Source: Schmidtea polychroa (lineage: Eukaryota). Taken from it: a stretch of 64,000 bases of DNA. The position numbers and the translations under genes are program-made. Numbering within the stretch: the first letter of the stretch is position 1; every line of letters starts with the position of its first letter. Below are positions 37,127-51,104 of this stretch, one piece after another. The notes below the pieces were generated by a model. It worked only from the letters and a program-made list of their open reading frames with translations, ran no database searches and was not told where the DNA came from. Where the stretch lies: positions 18,664,001 to 18,728,000 of the forward strand of contig CM097885.1 in NCBI GenBank assembly GCA_044892525.1, in the 5' to 3' direction.

Positions 37127-39169
37127 TTATTATTCCATTAAAATTTCCATTAAAAATTAACTTAAAAAATATTTCATAAAAATTTTCATTAAAAATTATC
37201 CTAAAAATTATTCCATAAAAATTTCTATTAAAAATTACGTAAAAAATCATTTCATAAAAATTTTCATTAAAAAATTTCAATTCTCAAACACCTTCTATTT
37301 TTTGTTAATAAATTTAAAAATCTTAGTTTAATTTACTTATTACATTACTTATTTAAAAAGTATTACTTTAATTTACTCATTTAGCTTTAATTTAAAATTT
37401 AAACCATTGTTTCCTTATTTAAAATTTTGAACCTTAATTTACTTATTTAAAATTTTTAACTTTAATTTACTTATCCTTAATTTGCCTATTTATCCTTTAT
37501 TACTTAATTTTACACCATAATTTACTAAACAACTAATTATAACCCTTATTTTCATATTTAACCAATAATTTCATGTGGTCATCTGGTTGTAAATGTTTGG
37601 TATCTAGTTGACAGTGCTTAGTACTAGGTAAGTTACTTGGTTGTTAGTACTTGGTTGATAATGCTTAGTACCTGGTTGATGTTGGTTGTATGTACTTGGT
37701 ATCTAGTTGTTAGTAACTAGTTGTAGGTAATTAATGCTTAGTACCTGGTTGTTGTTGGTTGTTAGTATTTGGTAGCTAGTTGGTTGCATGTTTTTGGTTG
37801 TTAGTATCTAGTTGTAGGTACTTGGTATCAGGTAACTGATTGTTAGCTGGTTGCTTTTGATTGTTAGTGCTTGGTAGGTGGTAGTTAGTTGTTAGCTGGT
37901 TGTTGTTGGTTGTAAGTACTTGGTAGGTGGTAGTAGGTGCTTAGTAGTTGGTAACTGGTTGTTAGTTCTTGGTATCTAGTACCTAGTTAGCTGGTTGTAG
38001 CTAGTTAATGGGTAGGTGGTAGCTAGTTGTTAGCTGATTGTAGCTAGTTAATGGGTAGGTGGTTGTAGGTACTTAGTAGTTGGTAACTGGTTGTTGGTAT
38101 CTAGTTGTAGGTATCTGGTTGAAGTTGGTTGTATGTACTTGGTATCTAGTTGGTTGTAGGTGGTAATTAATGCTTAGTACCTGGTGGATGTTGGTTGTAT
38201 GTACTTGGTAGGTGGTTGTAGGTACTTAGTAGTTGGTATCAGGTAACTGGTTGTTAGTAGCTAGTTGTAGGTTGATAATGCTTAGTGTCTGGTTGTTGAC
38301 GGTTGTTAGTACATGGTATCTAGTTGTTAGCTGGTTGTTAGTACTTAGTAGCTAGTTAATGGGTAGGTGGGGGTTGAGAGTTAGTTAGTACGTGGTATCT
38401 AGTTGTAAGTACTTGGTAGCAGGGAACTGGTTGTTAGTATCTAGTTGTAGGTATCTGGTTGATGTTGGTTGTAGGTACTTAGTAGTTGGTTGTAGGTACT
38501 TAGTAGTTGGTTGTAGGTACTTAGTAGGTGGTAGTTAGTTGTTAGCTGGTTGTTGTCGGTTGTTAGTTCTTGGTATCTAGTTAATGGGTAGGTGGTAGCT
38601 AGTTGTTAGTATTTGGTAGGTGGTAGCTAGGTGGTTGTAGGTACTTAGTAGTTGGTAATTAATGCTTAGTACCTGGTTGTTGTTGGTTGTTAGTACTTGT
38701 TAGGTGGTTGTTGGTAATTATTGCTTAGTACCTGGTTGTTGTGGGTTGTTAGTACTTGGTAGGTGGTTGTTAGTACTTGGTATCAGGTAACTGGTTGTTA
38801 GTAACTAGTTGTAGGTATCTGGTTGTAACTACATGTTCGTAAGTTACTGGTTGTTGGTTTGTTGTTGAATTATTATTAAAATTTGTCATTGAAAAATATT
38901 TCATAAATATTTCCATTAAAAATTAACTTAAAAAATTATTCCATAAAAATTTCCATTAAAAATTAACTTAAAAAATATTTCATTAAAATTTCTATTAAAA
39001 ATTACTTAAAAAATTATTTCATAAAAATTTTCATTAAAAAATTTCAATTCTCAAACACCTTCTATTTTTTGTTAATAAATTTTAAAATCTTACTTTAATT
39101 TACTTATTACATTACTCATTTTTAAATTATTACTTTAATTTATTTATTTAAAATTTTTTACCATTGATT

Positions 39170-40630
39170 ACTTAATTTAAAAATTATTACTTTAATTTAC
39201 TTATTTAAAATTTTTTACCATTGATTACTTAATTCAAAAATTTGGACCATAATTTACTGTAATTCAAAATTTTTGACCATAATTTACTGTAATTTAATTT
39301 TTTAGGACCATAATTACCTTATTTGAAAAATTTGAACCTTAATTTACTGTAATTTAATTTTTTAGGACCATTATTTACTGTAATTCAAAATTTTTTACCA
39401 TAATTAACTGTAATTTAATTTTTTGAACCATTATTTACTTTAATTGAAAAATCTGGACCATAATTTACTGTAATTGAAAATTTTGGACCATTATTTACTG
39501 TAATTGAAAATTTTGGACCATAAATAACTGTAATTTAATTTTTTAGAACCATTATTTACTTTAATTGAAAAATTTGGACCATTATTTACTGTAATTTAAT
39601 TTTTTAGGACCATTATTTACTGTAATTCAAAATTTTTGACCATAATTTACTGTAATTCAAATTTTTGACCATAATTAACTGTAATTTAATTTTTTAGAAC
39701 CATTATTTACTTTAATTGAAAAATCTGGACCATAATTTACTGTAATTGAAAATTTTGGACCATAATTTACTGTAATTCAAAATTTTTGACCATAATTTAC
39801 TGTAATTTAATTTTTTAGGACCATAATTACCTTATTTGAAAAATTTGAACCTTAATTTACTGTAATTTAATTTTTTAGAACCATTATTTACTTTAATTTA
39901 AAAAATTTGGACCATTATTTACTGTAATTTAATTTTTTAGGACCATTATTTACTGTAATTCAAAATTTTTGACCATTATTTACTGTAATTCAAAATTTTT
40001 TACCATAATTAACTGTAATTTAATTTTTTGAACCATTATTTACTTTAATTGAAAATTCTGGACCATAATTTACTGTAATTGAAAATTTTGGACCATTATT
40101 TACTGTAATTGAAAATTTTGGACCATAAATAACTGTAATTTAATTTTTTAGAACCATTATTTACTTTAATTGAAAAATTTGGACCATTATTTACTGTAAT
40201 TTAATTTTTTAGGACCATTATTTACTGTAATTCAAAATTTTTGACTATAATTTACTGTAATTCAAATTTTTGACCATAATTAACTGTAATTTAATTTTTT
40301 AGAACCATTATTTACTTTAATTGAAAAATCTGGACCATAATTTACTGTAATTGAAAATTTTGGACCATTATTTACTGTAATTCAAAATTTTTGACCATAA
40401 TTTACTGTAATTGAAAATTTTGGACCATAATTAACTGTAATTTAATTTTTTAGAACCATTATATACTTTAATTGAAAAATCTGGACCATAATTTACTGTA
40501 ATTGAAAATTTTGGACCATTATTTACTGTAATTTAATTTTTTAGGACCATAATTTACTGTAATTCAATTTTTAGGACCATAATTTACTGTAATTGAAAAA
40601 TTTGGACCATAATTTACTGTAATTTAAAAA
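39170..40630. repeat. ~30-bp tandem array, right arm of element 2 (expanded)
   Basis: GGACCATAATTTACTGTAATTGAAAATTTT-type units, the reverse complement of 28250-28800. Confidence 0.92.
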
Positions 40631-43104
40631 ATTTACCACGTTTTTTTAGTGTAGACCACCTTTTTGTATTGAAGTTCTCAGGACTAAGGAGACCCACCTC
40701 ACTATAGTCTGAAAATTCCATGCTTTTTTAGTGGTAGTCGGATTTTTGTATTGAAAAAATTTTTTGTATTGAAAATCCCAGGACCATCGTTTTTGTATTG
40801 AAAAAAATTTTTTGTATTGAAAATCCCAGGACCATCGTTTTTGTATTGAAAATCCCAGGACCATCGAGACCCCCTCGCTATAGTGTGAAAATTCCATGCT
40901 TTTTTTATTGAGACCGCCTTTTTCTATTGAAAAAATTTTTTTGTATTGAAAATCCCAGGACCATCGAGACCCCCTCACTATAGTGTGGAACAATTGCGTA
41001 ATAAAAAGTTGCAACAAAAAATGCGAGTTGCAACAATTTTTTTTCTAGGGGGGGGGGGGGGGTAATTGTTGCAGTGGGCCACTATCTACCTACTCACCTA
41101 AGACACCATGAAACCAAAATCCAAAAGTACCATCATATCTGTTATTTCATATGGATTGCTCAAATCTCGTCACTACTAAACTTGATAAAGTTGAATGTTT
41201 GGTTCTGTTAGTTTTTGTGGCGTCTGTGTGCGTGTTGCTGAGGTTTTTGCTAGTTGAGTGCTGTGTGCGCACAGAGACGCGAGGTTCTCGAAATTAATTC
41301 GAGTTTTTTGAAATTATTTATTTTATAATTATTTCTAGTTCTGGAATTTTTGTTTCTTTAAATTGGTTTTGTTGTAAATTCAAATTGTAAAGATTAATAA
41401 AAGTTTTTTATTCGCTGGAATTAGTTATTCAATTACATCGAAAATTGTTTAATAGAATTAGTTATAAAGGAATTTCGTGCAGAATATCATGACTATATGA
41501 TCAAATATGAAGTTTATTTACGGTATTTAATTGTAAAATGTGAAGAATCATAACAATTAGAATTGGTAAACGATAAAAATCAAATAAATATTTAAGCGAA
41601 AGGTTTAATTGAATACTCAGACAGCGAAGACAATGAAATTCAAACTAATGATGACATTTCAAACAATAGCCCAGTAAAATCTGAAGAAATTGCACCTGAA
41701 ATTGTATTTTCGAAAATAGAAGAGACTGAAGAATATTTATTAATTAAAACAAATCAATGGATGACTGAACCGGTTGATGAAGCAGAAAAGTATTTGAAAT
41801 CGATTATTAAAAAGAGGTCAGAAACGCTCAAAAACAAAATCGAATTTCTAATTTACGATGGATAATAATCTAAAAGACATTTCGATCCAAGTTAAGGTAT
41901 CTTTGCGAACGGGTTTGGCAGAATCTTTGATAACAATTTATCAGTTGAGAACGATTTCATGGCAGATATTAAAGGATTCAAATAAGGTCTCCGGTATTTT
42001 GGAGATGTGAACAATTTTTATTAAGACAAGGATATTTATTATTTAGGAAAACCAAGATGTCCTGTTCCTTCCAATCCATTTATTACAAATTCTATATATC
42101 AATAAATATTTTTGTTTCATTAAGTGTCGTTCGTGAATTTGGGATACCGTATTATCTTACAGAATAAATTAACTTACAATAAAGATCTTTAAGCCTAACA
42201 TTTTATCTCTCCAAATGACTTATAGGCCGTTTGTCTGATATCTACAAAATATCTTATTAATCCTTATTAATCTATTTTTAGAGAATTTGCAAAACTGATA
42301 CATTAAAACAAAATTTACTTTATCGACTTTTCTTTTCAGACTACAGATCAATATTTTGTTTTATTTCTAACATGGAAATTTGAGCTAAATATAAAAAATA
42401 ATTTTTGTCTGCGATTGGGATAATCAATGAAAAAAGGATAAAAGATTTTCCTGAATGAATTTAATTCTTAAAATATTAATGAGAAAAAGAAATTAAATAT
42501 TTTCGATACAAAATGATGTTTGACTCTCACAATTGTTGGCGGCAAGCACCGACAAAAACTTTTACAATAGACAAATTAATTTTTCAACGCAATCTCACTA
42601 GATGTATATAAATTCGGATTAGGGAGAATGACAGACAGTTGGAATCAGCTTTTATGCGCTAATGTCTTTTTATTAGGCGGTTTCTAATCGGAGATTTATT
42701 ATAATAAAATACAATTTTAGAAATTTCATTTATTTTTATTATGACAAAAGATCGAAAATTTATGTTACATAAATTGTTGCATAAATTGTAAATTTTATTT
42801 ATAAGTTTTGAAAATGTAATATTGTTATAGAATTTCGAAAAGTGACAAAGTCCAAATAATAAATGACAGGGAAAATGACAAAAAATATTTCCATTTTTTC
42901 CATATTCGAAGATTTTTCTCGAAATGTTTCATAAAATACGTGTTTATGAAAATTAATTTGCTTTTTTAAATGAATAATTTATCTAACTTACTTTAAATTG
43001 AAATATTTCCACAAATAAAATAAATAAATTTCTGAAAATGTAGAAAAATTAATAATAAAATGACTGAAATCGAAAATGATTATTCATCACGTTGATTTAC
43101 GCAC

Positions 43105-43895
43105 TAACTGATATTATGAAGAGTGAATCTCAGTGGAGTTCCCAATAATTGTCGAAGTTTTTTAATAAAATTTTAAAATCAGACATACCTATTTTAATCT
43201 TACAGCCTTTTTTGTGCTCACTAATATGGGTCAAAGCCTTCGGTCTATAATGTTCTTAAGCTCGAATACAGAGATGACGGGAAGTCTCTCCAATGTATGT
43301 GGCATTACACCCATTACATGTAAACTGATAAACAAGATCGGAAGACAATTCGACCGGAGTTTTTGACTCATTAATAAACATATTGCGTACTTTCTATGAA
43401 GTTGACACTATCCTATAGTTTAAATTCTCTAACTGCTTTCTTATCTTCACTTTATAATCCTTAAAACCTTCTGAGTACGGCAATACTAACACAAATTTAG
43501 TCTCATCATCCTTGCTCACACTATTTAATTTATTTAAGTCATCAGACCCACACAACTCAACAATATCACACTCAGATTTTCTCAAACAGGAATTTTTAAT
43601 AAATTTGACAACAGTCTCTTTCACCATAACTAATAAAAAGGATTTTGAATAACCGTTCTTCATTAACAATTCAACCAATTTGTCAACACTTTTTACTGAA
43701 TTTTTAAAAGTAGAAGACAAAGACCATGAACGATAAATCAACCCTTTCACCATATTTCTTTTATACTTGAATTCACAAAAACTTTCGGAAGAAGTATAGA
43801 GACCAGTATCAATTGGTTTTCTATAAATCTCTCTCGTAGTGTTTCTCTTTGCGTTGTATTAACAGATCCAATAAAGCAAGTGATGATTATTTATT
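43105..43895 (-). mobile_element. 5'-truncated, decayed Penelope-like retroelement (RT C-terminus + GIY-YIG)
   Basis: IYRKPIDTGLY..SFCEFKYKRNMVKGLIYRSW...NGY...LPY, followed by LVYQFTCNGCNATYIGETSRHLCIR. Confidence 0.88.
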
Positions 43896-44261
43896 AAATT
43901 CACTTGAAAAAGGCAGTGCCAAAAGTTCGTGAGTATCAAAAAATATCGATATATTACTGATTTATAGTCTTCAAGCTTTCGTTTTAATAAATAATAAACT
44001 AATAATAAACTAATATCTGTGCAATGTTGAACGTGCTAATCAGGTTTATGATTATCAGAGACATGCAAAAAAAATTTTAAATATTTTATAAACTTTTAAA
44101 ATTTGTTTACAGTTGTTAACAAAAATACAAATGCCTGATTTTCAATTTTTTCATACGAAAATAAATAACCATATACACCTGGATTTATTTTGTTACTAAG
44201 CACATCCATCCTAAAGTATGAATTAAAAGTATGAAATTAAAATCTTTTATTAAAATCAAAC

Positions 44262-45872
44262 TATAGTGGAAAACGAGGAAAATCTATACACTTACTTGGG
44301 GGTCTCAATAGGAAATACAAAAAAACGACCTAAATGAGATCTTCCAAGAAGTGGAAGCCAAAACAACAAGCATTTTCAAATCACTCCTAAGAGCTCAGCA
44401 AAAGCTAGAAGCCTACAACACCTTCTGTCACTCGAAATTCATATTCATCTTGCAAGCTGACGAAGCTCAAAAACACAAGCAGAAAAATTTGATGATAAAA
44501 TAAGAATGATGATAAAAGATAAAGAGGTGCTGAATCTGCAACAGAAGAGCCCACTAATGGATACCAACTTTTACTCCTTTAAGGAAAAAGGAGGAATAGG
44601 CATAACCAAAATCGTGGATGAGCAGATGATACAAACCATAGCAACATTCCTAAAACTAATAAACAGCAACCCCACGGCTATAGTAAAAATTATAACAAAA
44701 GAACTGATCGATGTAGCCGAAACAAGAACTGAAACTCCTATCAACTCAATACCAGAAGCATTAAAATGGTTGGATGGAACATATGCACATAAAAGATCAA
44801 GCTCATCCAAAAAATCCTGGCTCGATAGAATCAAAAACGCAATCACACAGCTGTACAAGGACCACGATATAAAGATAACCTTTCTAATAAGAAATATAGG
44901 TGAGAAATATAGGAGAAATATAGGATGCAACATAAAAATCAATTCACAAGAAAAACCCGAAGAAGTTTTTCCACCCTTTCTAGATGAAGCCTCAAAAAAA
45001 CTACACTGGATGATTCGTTAGGCATACTTTCAAAAATGGACACAGGCCAACTGCCAAGGCCATATTGTTAGATTGCCGCAGTACGAATACACAAAATGGA
45101 AAATGCCGAAAAACCTGAAAGACTACGAATGGAGATTCATAATTAAGGCTCGAGCCAACATGTTAGACATAAATATGAAACAGTCTAACCAGGAAGGCAG
45201 ATTAGGCAGCACAAAGTGCAGAAACTGTGAAAATCCTCACGAGTCATCTATACACATCCTAAACATGTGTGTGAGAGGAACCAGTATGAGGACCAACAAG
45301 CACAATGAAATACAAAAAACACTGGAAGAAATACTAAGAAACAAAGGAATCAGTTTTGAAATAGAGGAAAAACCAAAAGAAGCAAAAGAAATGTTAAAAC
45401 CAGACATTGTAGCCAGACTAAAAGATAACATCATGATAATAGATGTAAAATGCCCATTTGATGACCATCCAACCATAGAAGCATCAAGAACAAAAAACCA
45501 GAACAAATACAGAAAATTAGCACAAGACATCCAAGAAGCAACAAACACATACACAACAGTAGAAACATTCGTGGTATGCTCCCTTGGAACATGGGACAAA
45601 CACAATAACGATATATTTAGAAAACTCGGATTCAGATATGAAGAGTACATGCCCATAAAGAACAAAATGATAAACAGAGTGATTAAAGGCTCCAGAAAAC
45701 ATATAAAAATCATCGGGGCTTCTATCAATAGCACAAGTTAAAAGAAAATGGATGATTATGCCCGCATCCCTAAAAAGGCATACATGAATATTAAACACCC
45801 CATACAGTAGCTCGCCTACTGTATTTGGCCTGGCATATTTATTATGCTGATTCATTTTTCATTAATAAACTT
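44262..45872 (+). mobile_element. 5'-truncated RLE-type non-LTR retrotransposon (R2/NeSL-like group) with an internal stop at 45019
   Basis: YTYLG and GGIG RT-thumb motifs, CCHC knuckle CRNC..HESSIHILNMC, KHNEI, and restriction-like endonuclease KPDIV...IIDVK...K..KY. The 3' UTR ends at AATAAA (~45864). Confidence 0.9.
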
Positions 45873-47414
45873 TAGAGTCACGGAAATGCCATAGTAAAAT
45901 TTCTACAACTATGACTTAATTCTGTATTTTTTTAACATACGGTACTTGATAAGAAGTATTGATATGGGATATGTTAGTATTTTAAAGGGCTCTTATTTAG
46001 TTACTATAATCAAAATAACAATTGTCAATGTTTCAGTTAAAATTAACTTTCTAAAACAGGAAAATTGTTTTATTAAATAAAAAAAATTATTAAATAGAAA
46101 ATCTTTTTTATTATTAAATAGAAAATTTATAAATTTAAAAAAGGGTGGATGTTATTTTAAACAAACTTGCTAAATATATGAAACAATTTTAATGAAATTT
46201 GCTTTTTTCCATTTTTATTTGTTGAAAGAATTCAAAGAAATTTCGAAAATAAAATTTATGTTTGTAATTGAAATTATAATTTTTGCGAAATTTTAATAAT
46301 TTCCCCTTTTTATTAAAAAATTTAATGAATTAATTTCTTCACGATTATTTTATTAATTTTATTAGTGTCTAAAATATTATTAAATGAAAAATAATTAAAA
46401 ACAAATTTTATAGTTTTGTATTTATTATTTTAGTTAATTTATATTTTTTTTAAATCTGTAAATTATTTTTAACAACTAAAGTTCATCGTTGTTCTGAGAA
46501 TATAATTTAATTAATTAATTAATTAAATAATTAAATAAATAAAAGTAAAATATAAAATACACCTAACCACGAAAGTTAACATTGTCTATAATATACGTTG
46601 GTGTGCACACCACCTGAGGTGAGTCACCAATTATATGACAATGTTAACTTAATTTCATTTTTTCAATTTTTCAAAAATCGTTTTAAGGTAAGTTTTTGAA
46701 TTGAAGTAATTTTTAGGACTTGAATTTTGATTTTATATAATTATGAGATCATTATTCAAGTTCTTAAATATTACTGTTAGTCAGCATTTATAATATTGAT
46801 AATATATAACATTGATAATTAAATTTCAGGTGTTTTTTTAGGAATTTTATGGTATTTTATTTGGATTTATTTCGTAAAAATGTAAGTTAGATATTTTTAT
46901 AATTATAAATAAGTAAAGTAATCACCAAACATTTATTTTTTAAAGACATTTAGTAAAGAATGGATAAAATATTTTTTAAGTTTTTATAATCTTCTTTCGA
47001 ATTTTGTCTATTTCTGTAATTCTATGAAAATATTAATTTGTTAAAATAATTTATTAAAATTTACGATTTGCGATTTTTTTCCTGCAAATTCAAAGATGTC
47101 GAAGGATCTTCTTCAATATCTGTAAATCTAAAGAAATTTTATATTCTAAATTATTTTATAATTAAATCTTACGATGTATTTACTTCTTTTTCCCTAAAGC
47201 TCAAGGTAGAGCAGTAAGAATCTAATTCAAAAGTTTTTCTGTACATAACTTTTTAAATAATTTGAAAATATTGATATGTTAATTATATGTTAATCAATGT
47301 TAATTTCGCATGAAAAAAACTTTACTTAATTTATTATGTATTTTTCATTATGTGTGCTGTGCTTGTATGCTTAATTATTTTCTTTCACTTTTTAGATTCC
47401 TTTAATAAATATGG

Positions 47415-47642
47415 TAAATTTCGCAGCATTAAATTTCTACACACAAGTAAGTTTGTGTGTTCCTATAATATATATTTATTGATTTTTTTTAGATTATAGA
47501 TAATGTTATATTTTGCAGTTAGGTGTATGTTAAATTCCGCAGCATTAAATTTCTACACACAAGTAAGTTTGTGTGTTCCTATAATATATATTTATTGATT
47601 TTTTTTAGATTATAGATAATGTTATATTTCGCAGTTAAGTGT
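47415..47642. repeat. ~116-bp tandem duplication
   Basis: Two copies of GCAGCATTAAATTTCTACACACAAGTAAGTTTGTGTGTTCC...GCAGTTA. Related sequence at ~24620-24680. Confidence 0.85.
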
Positions 47643-48994
47643 AAATGAATGTATGTTGTGATTAATATGGCATGCTTACATTATTCGACGATGAATAAAA
47701 ATCCTCGTGAAGATTTGTTTAAATATTTCAAACAAATTGCATTGATTTTGAATTTAAAAAATATTAATATTTAATTATGGATGTTATAAATACTAAAGGT
47801 ATAACAACTAACATTCAAATTACATTGTATTTGTCTTCATTTACTTTTATGCTGAAGGACTCTAAATATACACTAACGTTTTTCAAATCAAACACATGCA
47901 CTCAAAAGGATGGAGGACAAACTAATGGGTGCTTGCCTGGCAAATTGAAATTTATGATTTTTTTTCGGATTACACGAAAGTGCACAAAATAATCGGGAAA
48001 TTGGTATAAATATAATTAAAAGCTAATTAAATTTTCCAAAAGTAAAATTCATTAATCTTTAATAAGCCGTGATAGATTAAAAGTGTAAGACGAAAAACAT
48101 AATTTTGAAAATATTGAAGATCTTCGAACAAAAATATTAACTAATTAATTAACTTATCTCCTAATTTTTATTAAAAAAATTAATTAATCATTGTGGAAAG
48201 GACGGCATTGGTTAATTTTGTAAATTATTTGGAGATATTTAATAATTGTTTGTTGGTTCCGGAGATTGGACCTAGCACGGGTATTAACTTCCATGACTGA
48301 TGGTAATCAGGCCATATAAATAGAAATAGTAACTGAAAAAATGGAACACTTTGTAGTCGAAGGCAACCAGTACTTACTGATAAGCAAAGTAAAGTCGCTG
48401 AATTTGTTACTGTTGTCAATAATTTGTGGTATTCATCTATAAATAAACTTGATTTTTCTTTGATTTTCTACGCAACACATAAAGCTAGATTTAAAGGTAA
48501 TTCCTGCTGAAAGTTTATTATCCCAACAAACTAATGAAACTTTACGTTTGTCAAATTTGTTTTAAAATTTCCCATTTCGAATTTGTTACTAGAAAATGGG
48601 CAATTTGATTTTTAATTTTTATAATTTTAATTTAATAATTTTATCAAACTCAATTAAATGGCTTAGTTGTGTACATGTAAAATATTATAGTTAATAAATC
48701 AAATATGTCAATTAAATTAATTTTGTTTTACTGAATAAATAAATTTTATTATTTAACGGAATCACCTGTCAAATAAACTGATTATTACCGTCGTTATAGC
48801 CATGAATTTTCACAATTTATTTCAAATATTTCTCCGGCACAATTTATTAATTATATTTATAGATGTATTTGTAAATAAATATCAATTTATTAATTTTTTG
48901 GTCAAATATTAGTTATTTATTTATGATTTTAGAAAATGTAATTTAACAATATTTTTTTTTATAATCTAGAAATATCTGAATATGAAATGAATAA

Positions 48995-49140
48995 TTTATT
49001 TATTAAAAAGCTTGACTATGAATCAGTAAAGATATCAAAAAACATCGATATATTTACTGAGTAATAGTCAAGCTTTTTAATAAATACAATGTCAATTGAA
49101 AAAAAATCGGTGGTGAAATATGAAAAAGATTCTTATAATA
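48995..49140. mobile_element. Palindromic MITE-like family (copies near 19165, 43900, 52275, 55055, 58228, 60100/61111 and 62578)
   Basis: TTTATTAAAAAGCTTGACTATGAATCAGTAAA...TTTACTGATTCATAGTCAAGCTTTTTAATAAATACAATGTC, plus a tail AATCAGTGGTGAAATTTGAAAAAA. Confidence 0.8.
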
Positions 49141-49876
49141 TGAAATGAATATGAAATGTTATGAAATTTAGTTTACTATTTTAATTTATAAATTATAAAA
49201 AATAATTTATAATTATATTAATGTAAGATATTAAATAATTATTGTAGCTATTTATCTATTTTATATATTATTAGCCAATCAGAATTAAATAAAAACATTA
49301 ATAATTTCATTGTTTAATGAATAAACAGGGAATTTAACCGAAAATTATCTTTTATTAAAATTAAATTTCGTTAAAATTAATTTAAAATACAAAACGATTC
49401 GAGTTCGAGGCAAATAAAGTTTCAAAATTCAATACAAATTTAAGTGCAAAAATTAATTAAAAATTTGAAAAATCGAAAACTCTTTGGGAAAAGTATGTGC
49501 GGGAAACAAACGAAAGGTTGAATAACAATATGATAGGAGTTATTACAATAATACAATCTAATTATTTAGTCAATTAATCTCATGTTGATGGCATTAATCA
49601 TTTTTAAATAGAAAAACAAAACCATCGAATTTGACAGATAGAATAATAGCGGTTTGACAAGTAGCGGCAAAATAATTTCTTTAATTGTTTAAATATACGA
49701 ATTTAAGAAAATGGTTATTGGGGAAAATAAGCGTGATGGGGATAAGATCGAATGAAGAGTTTTCGTGATGGAGATCTTAAAAATGTAAACTGTATTTTTA
49801 TGGCCCAAAACGGACCGTTGTATGCATACGTGGTGTTCCGTCCTTGTTATTAATATAAATTAAGTATAATTATAAA

Positions 49877-51104
49877 TAAGGTGACCAGATTTTTTGATGA
49901 GAAAAGCGGGACAACTTTGAAGGAAGAGGGTATCAACAAAAATTATCATATAGAATAAAAATAATATGCTAATATTTTTTTATTTTTAACATAAGTACAA
50001 TTTATAAATATAAAAAATTGTATAATATTTTATTCCTTGCCATATTCTTTATTTGAGCGAATTTGTTTCAGTAGATTGTTGTCATTTTTTAAAATATTGT
50101 AAAAATTTTCACAAGAATTTGTCAAATTATATTTGACACTTAAAATTTTATATTTATGAAAATCATTGTTTTGCATTCTAAGAATCCTACGAATTACTAA
50201 GACTAACATATTGCTTTTCTTACCCAGTTACATTGTATTTGTTTCTCAAATGATACACTTCGTGTTCGTACTGCGTGCTAGGAAGCTAATTAACCATTTG
50301 CGCTATATTGACGTGCCAGGCACGTCTTGATGATTTTTTTCAGAACTGCAAGTGACGTATATACCACGTCGATAGTATTTGTCGCTAAAACAAAAACGAC
50401 GTGTTTGCAACGTCAGCTGACAGGCGGAACGTCATTATTTGAACTGCAATTATAAAATTAGTTCACATCGCGTAGAATTATCGATATTAGGAATATTTCT
50501 AAATCGATAAGGTATGTTGTACTGATTTTTTACAAGGAAATGCTTGTGGTTTGCAGTTAGCAGCTTTTATTTTATTTTAATGCTAAAAAAATAATATATT
50601 TTTTATTTTAGTCTTATTAACCCATATTATAAAATGAATAATAACAAGAATCTCATCAATGTTGCTTCAACAAGTACAAAAAGAAAGCGTCTAGTTATTC
50701 CGTCTTGATTAATAAAATTTATTGTTGTGAATAATTATTTATATTCGTGTAAATCTTATATGTAAGACCCTACCCTCGCGCTAAGCACTGGTCAAACCTC
50801 TGAGCTCGCTGACGCGGTGAGGCGTCGATGCCTTACGATACTTTATAAAGTAGAGTGCGGCTCAGCTACCGAAAATTAAATCATAGCGCAAGTGGTTAAA
50901 CAAATAAATATTACAAATTGTATGTTACAAATATGTTAGTCTTAGTAGTCCGTAGGATTCTTAGAATGCAAAACAATGATTTTCATAAATATAAAATTTA
51001 ATTTAATTCTAAAAGTCGGGACTTTTGGAAAACGTTGCGCGAAGCGGGATAAATCGTGAAAAATCGGGACTGTCCCGCCAAAAGCAGGACGTCAGGTCAC
51101 CTTA
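49877..51104. mobile_element. hAT (Blackjack-like) non-autonomous element with nested insertions
   Basis: TIRs TAAGGTGACC / GGTCACCTTA, subterminal GCGGGACA motifs, 8-bp TSD ATTATAAA/GTTATAAA. Internal ~70-bp inverted repeat at 50140-50212 / 50930-51000. Confidence 0.8.
50294..50895. mobile_element. piggyBac-like MITE nested in the hAT element
   Basis: TTAA|CCATTTGCGCTAT ... ATAGCGCAAGTGG|TTAA. Confidence 0.75.

Larger units (their letters stand above)
27752..41094. mobile_element. Non-autonomous giant fold-back Polinton/Maverick-like element 2 (13,343 bp)
   Basis: Termini AGTAGGTAGATAGTGGCCCACTGCAACAATTACCCCC / GGGGGTAATTGTTGCAGTGGGCCACTATCTACCTACT. Perfect 6-bp TSD CACCTA (27746-27751 and 41095-41100). 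Inverted similarity runs from 27752-~32770 to ~34335-41094. Confidence 0.93.

Noticed and set aside
39170..40630. CRISPR-like appearance of regular ~30-bp repeats
   Set aside because: Head-to-tail degenerate units with no unique spacers and no cas genes, in a eukaryotic context.
27996..41017. ORFs within element 2 (27996, 34043, 40646)
   Set aside because: Derived from repeats or low-complexity sequence, with no Polinton gene motifs.
41480..42100. Coding-like acidic stretch after element 2
   Set aside because: Multiple stops and no recognisable domain, so it cannot be assigned.
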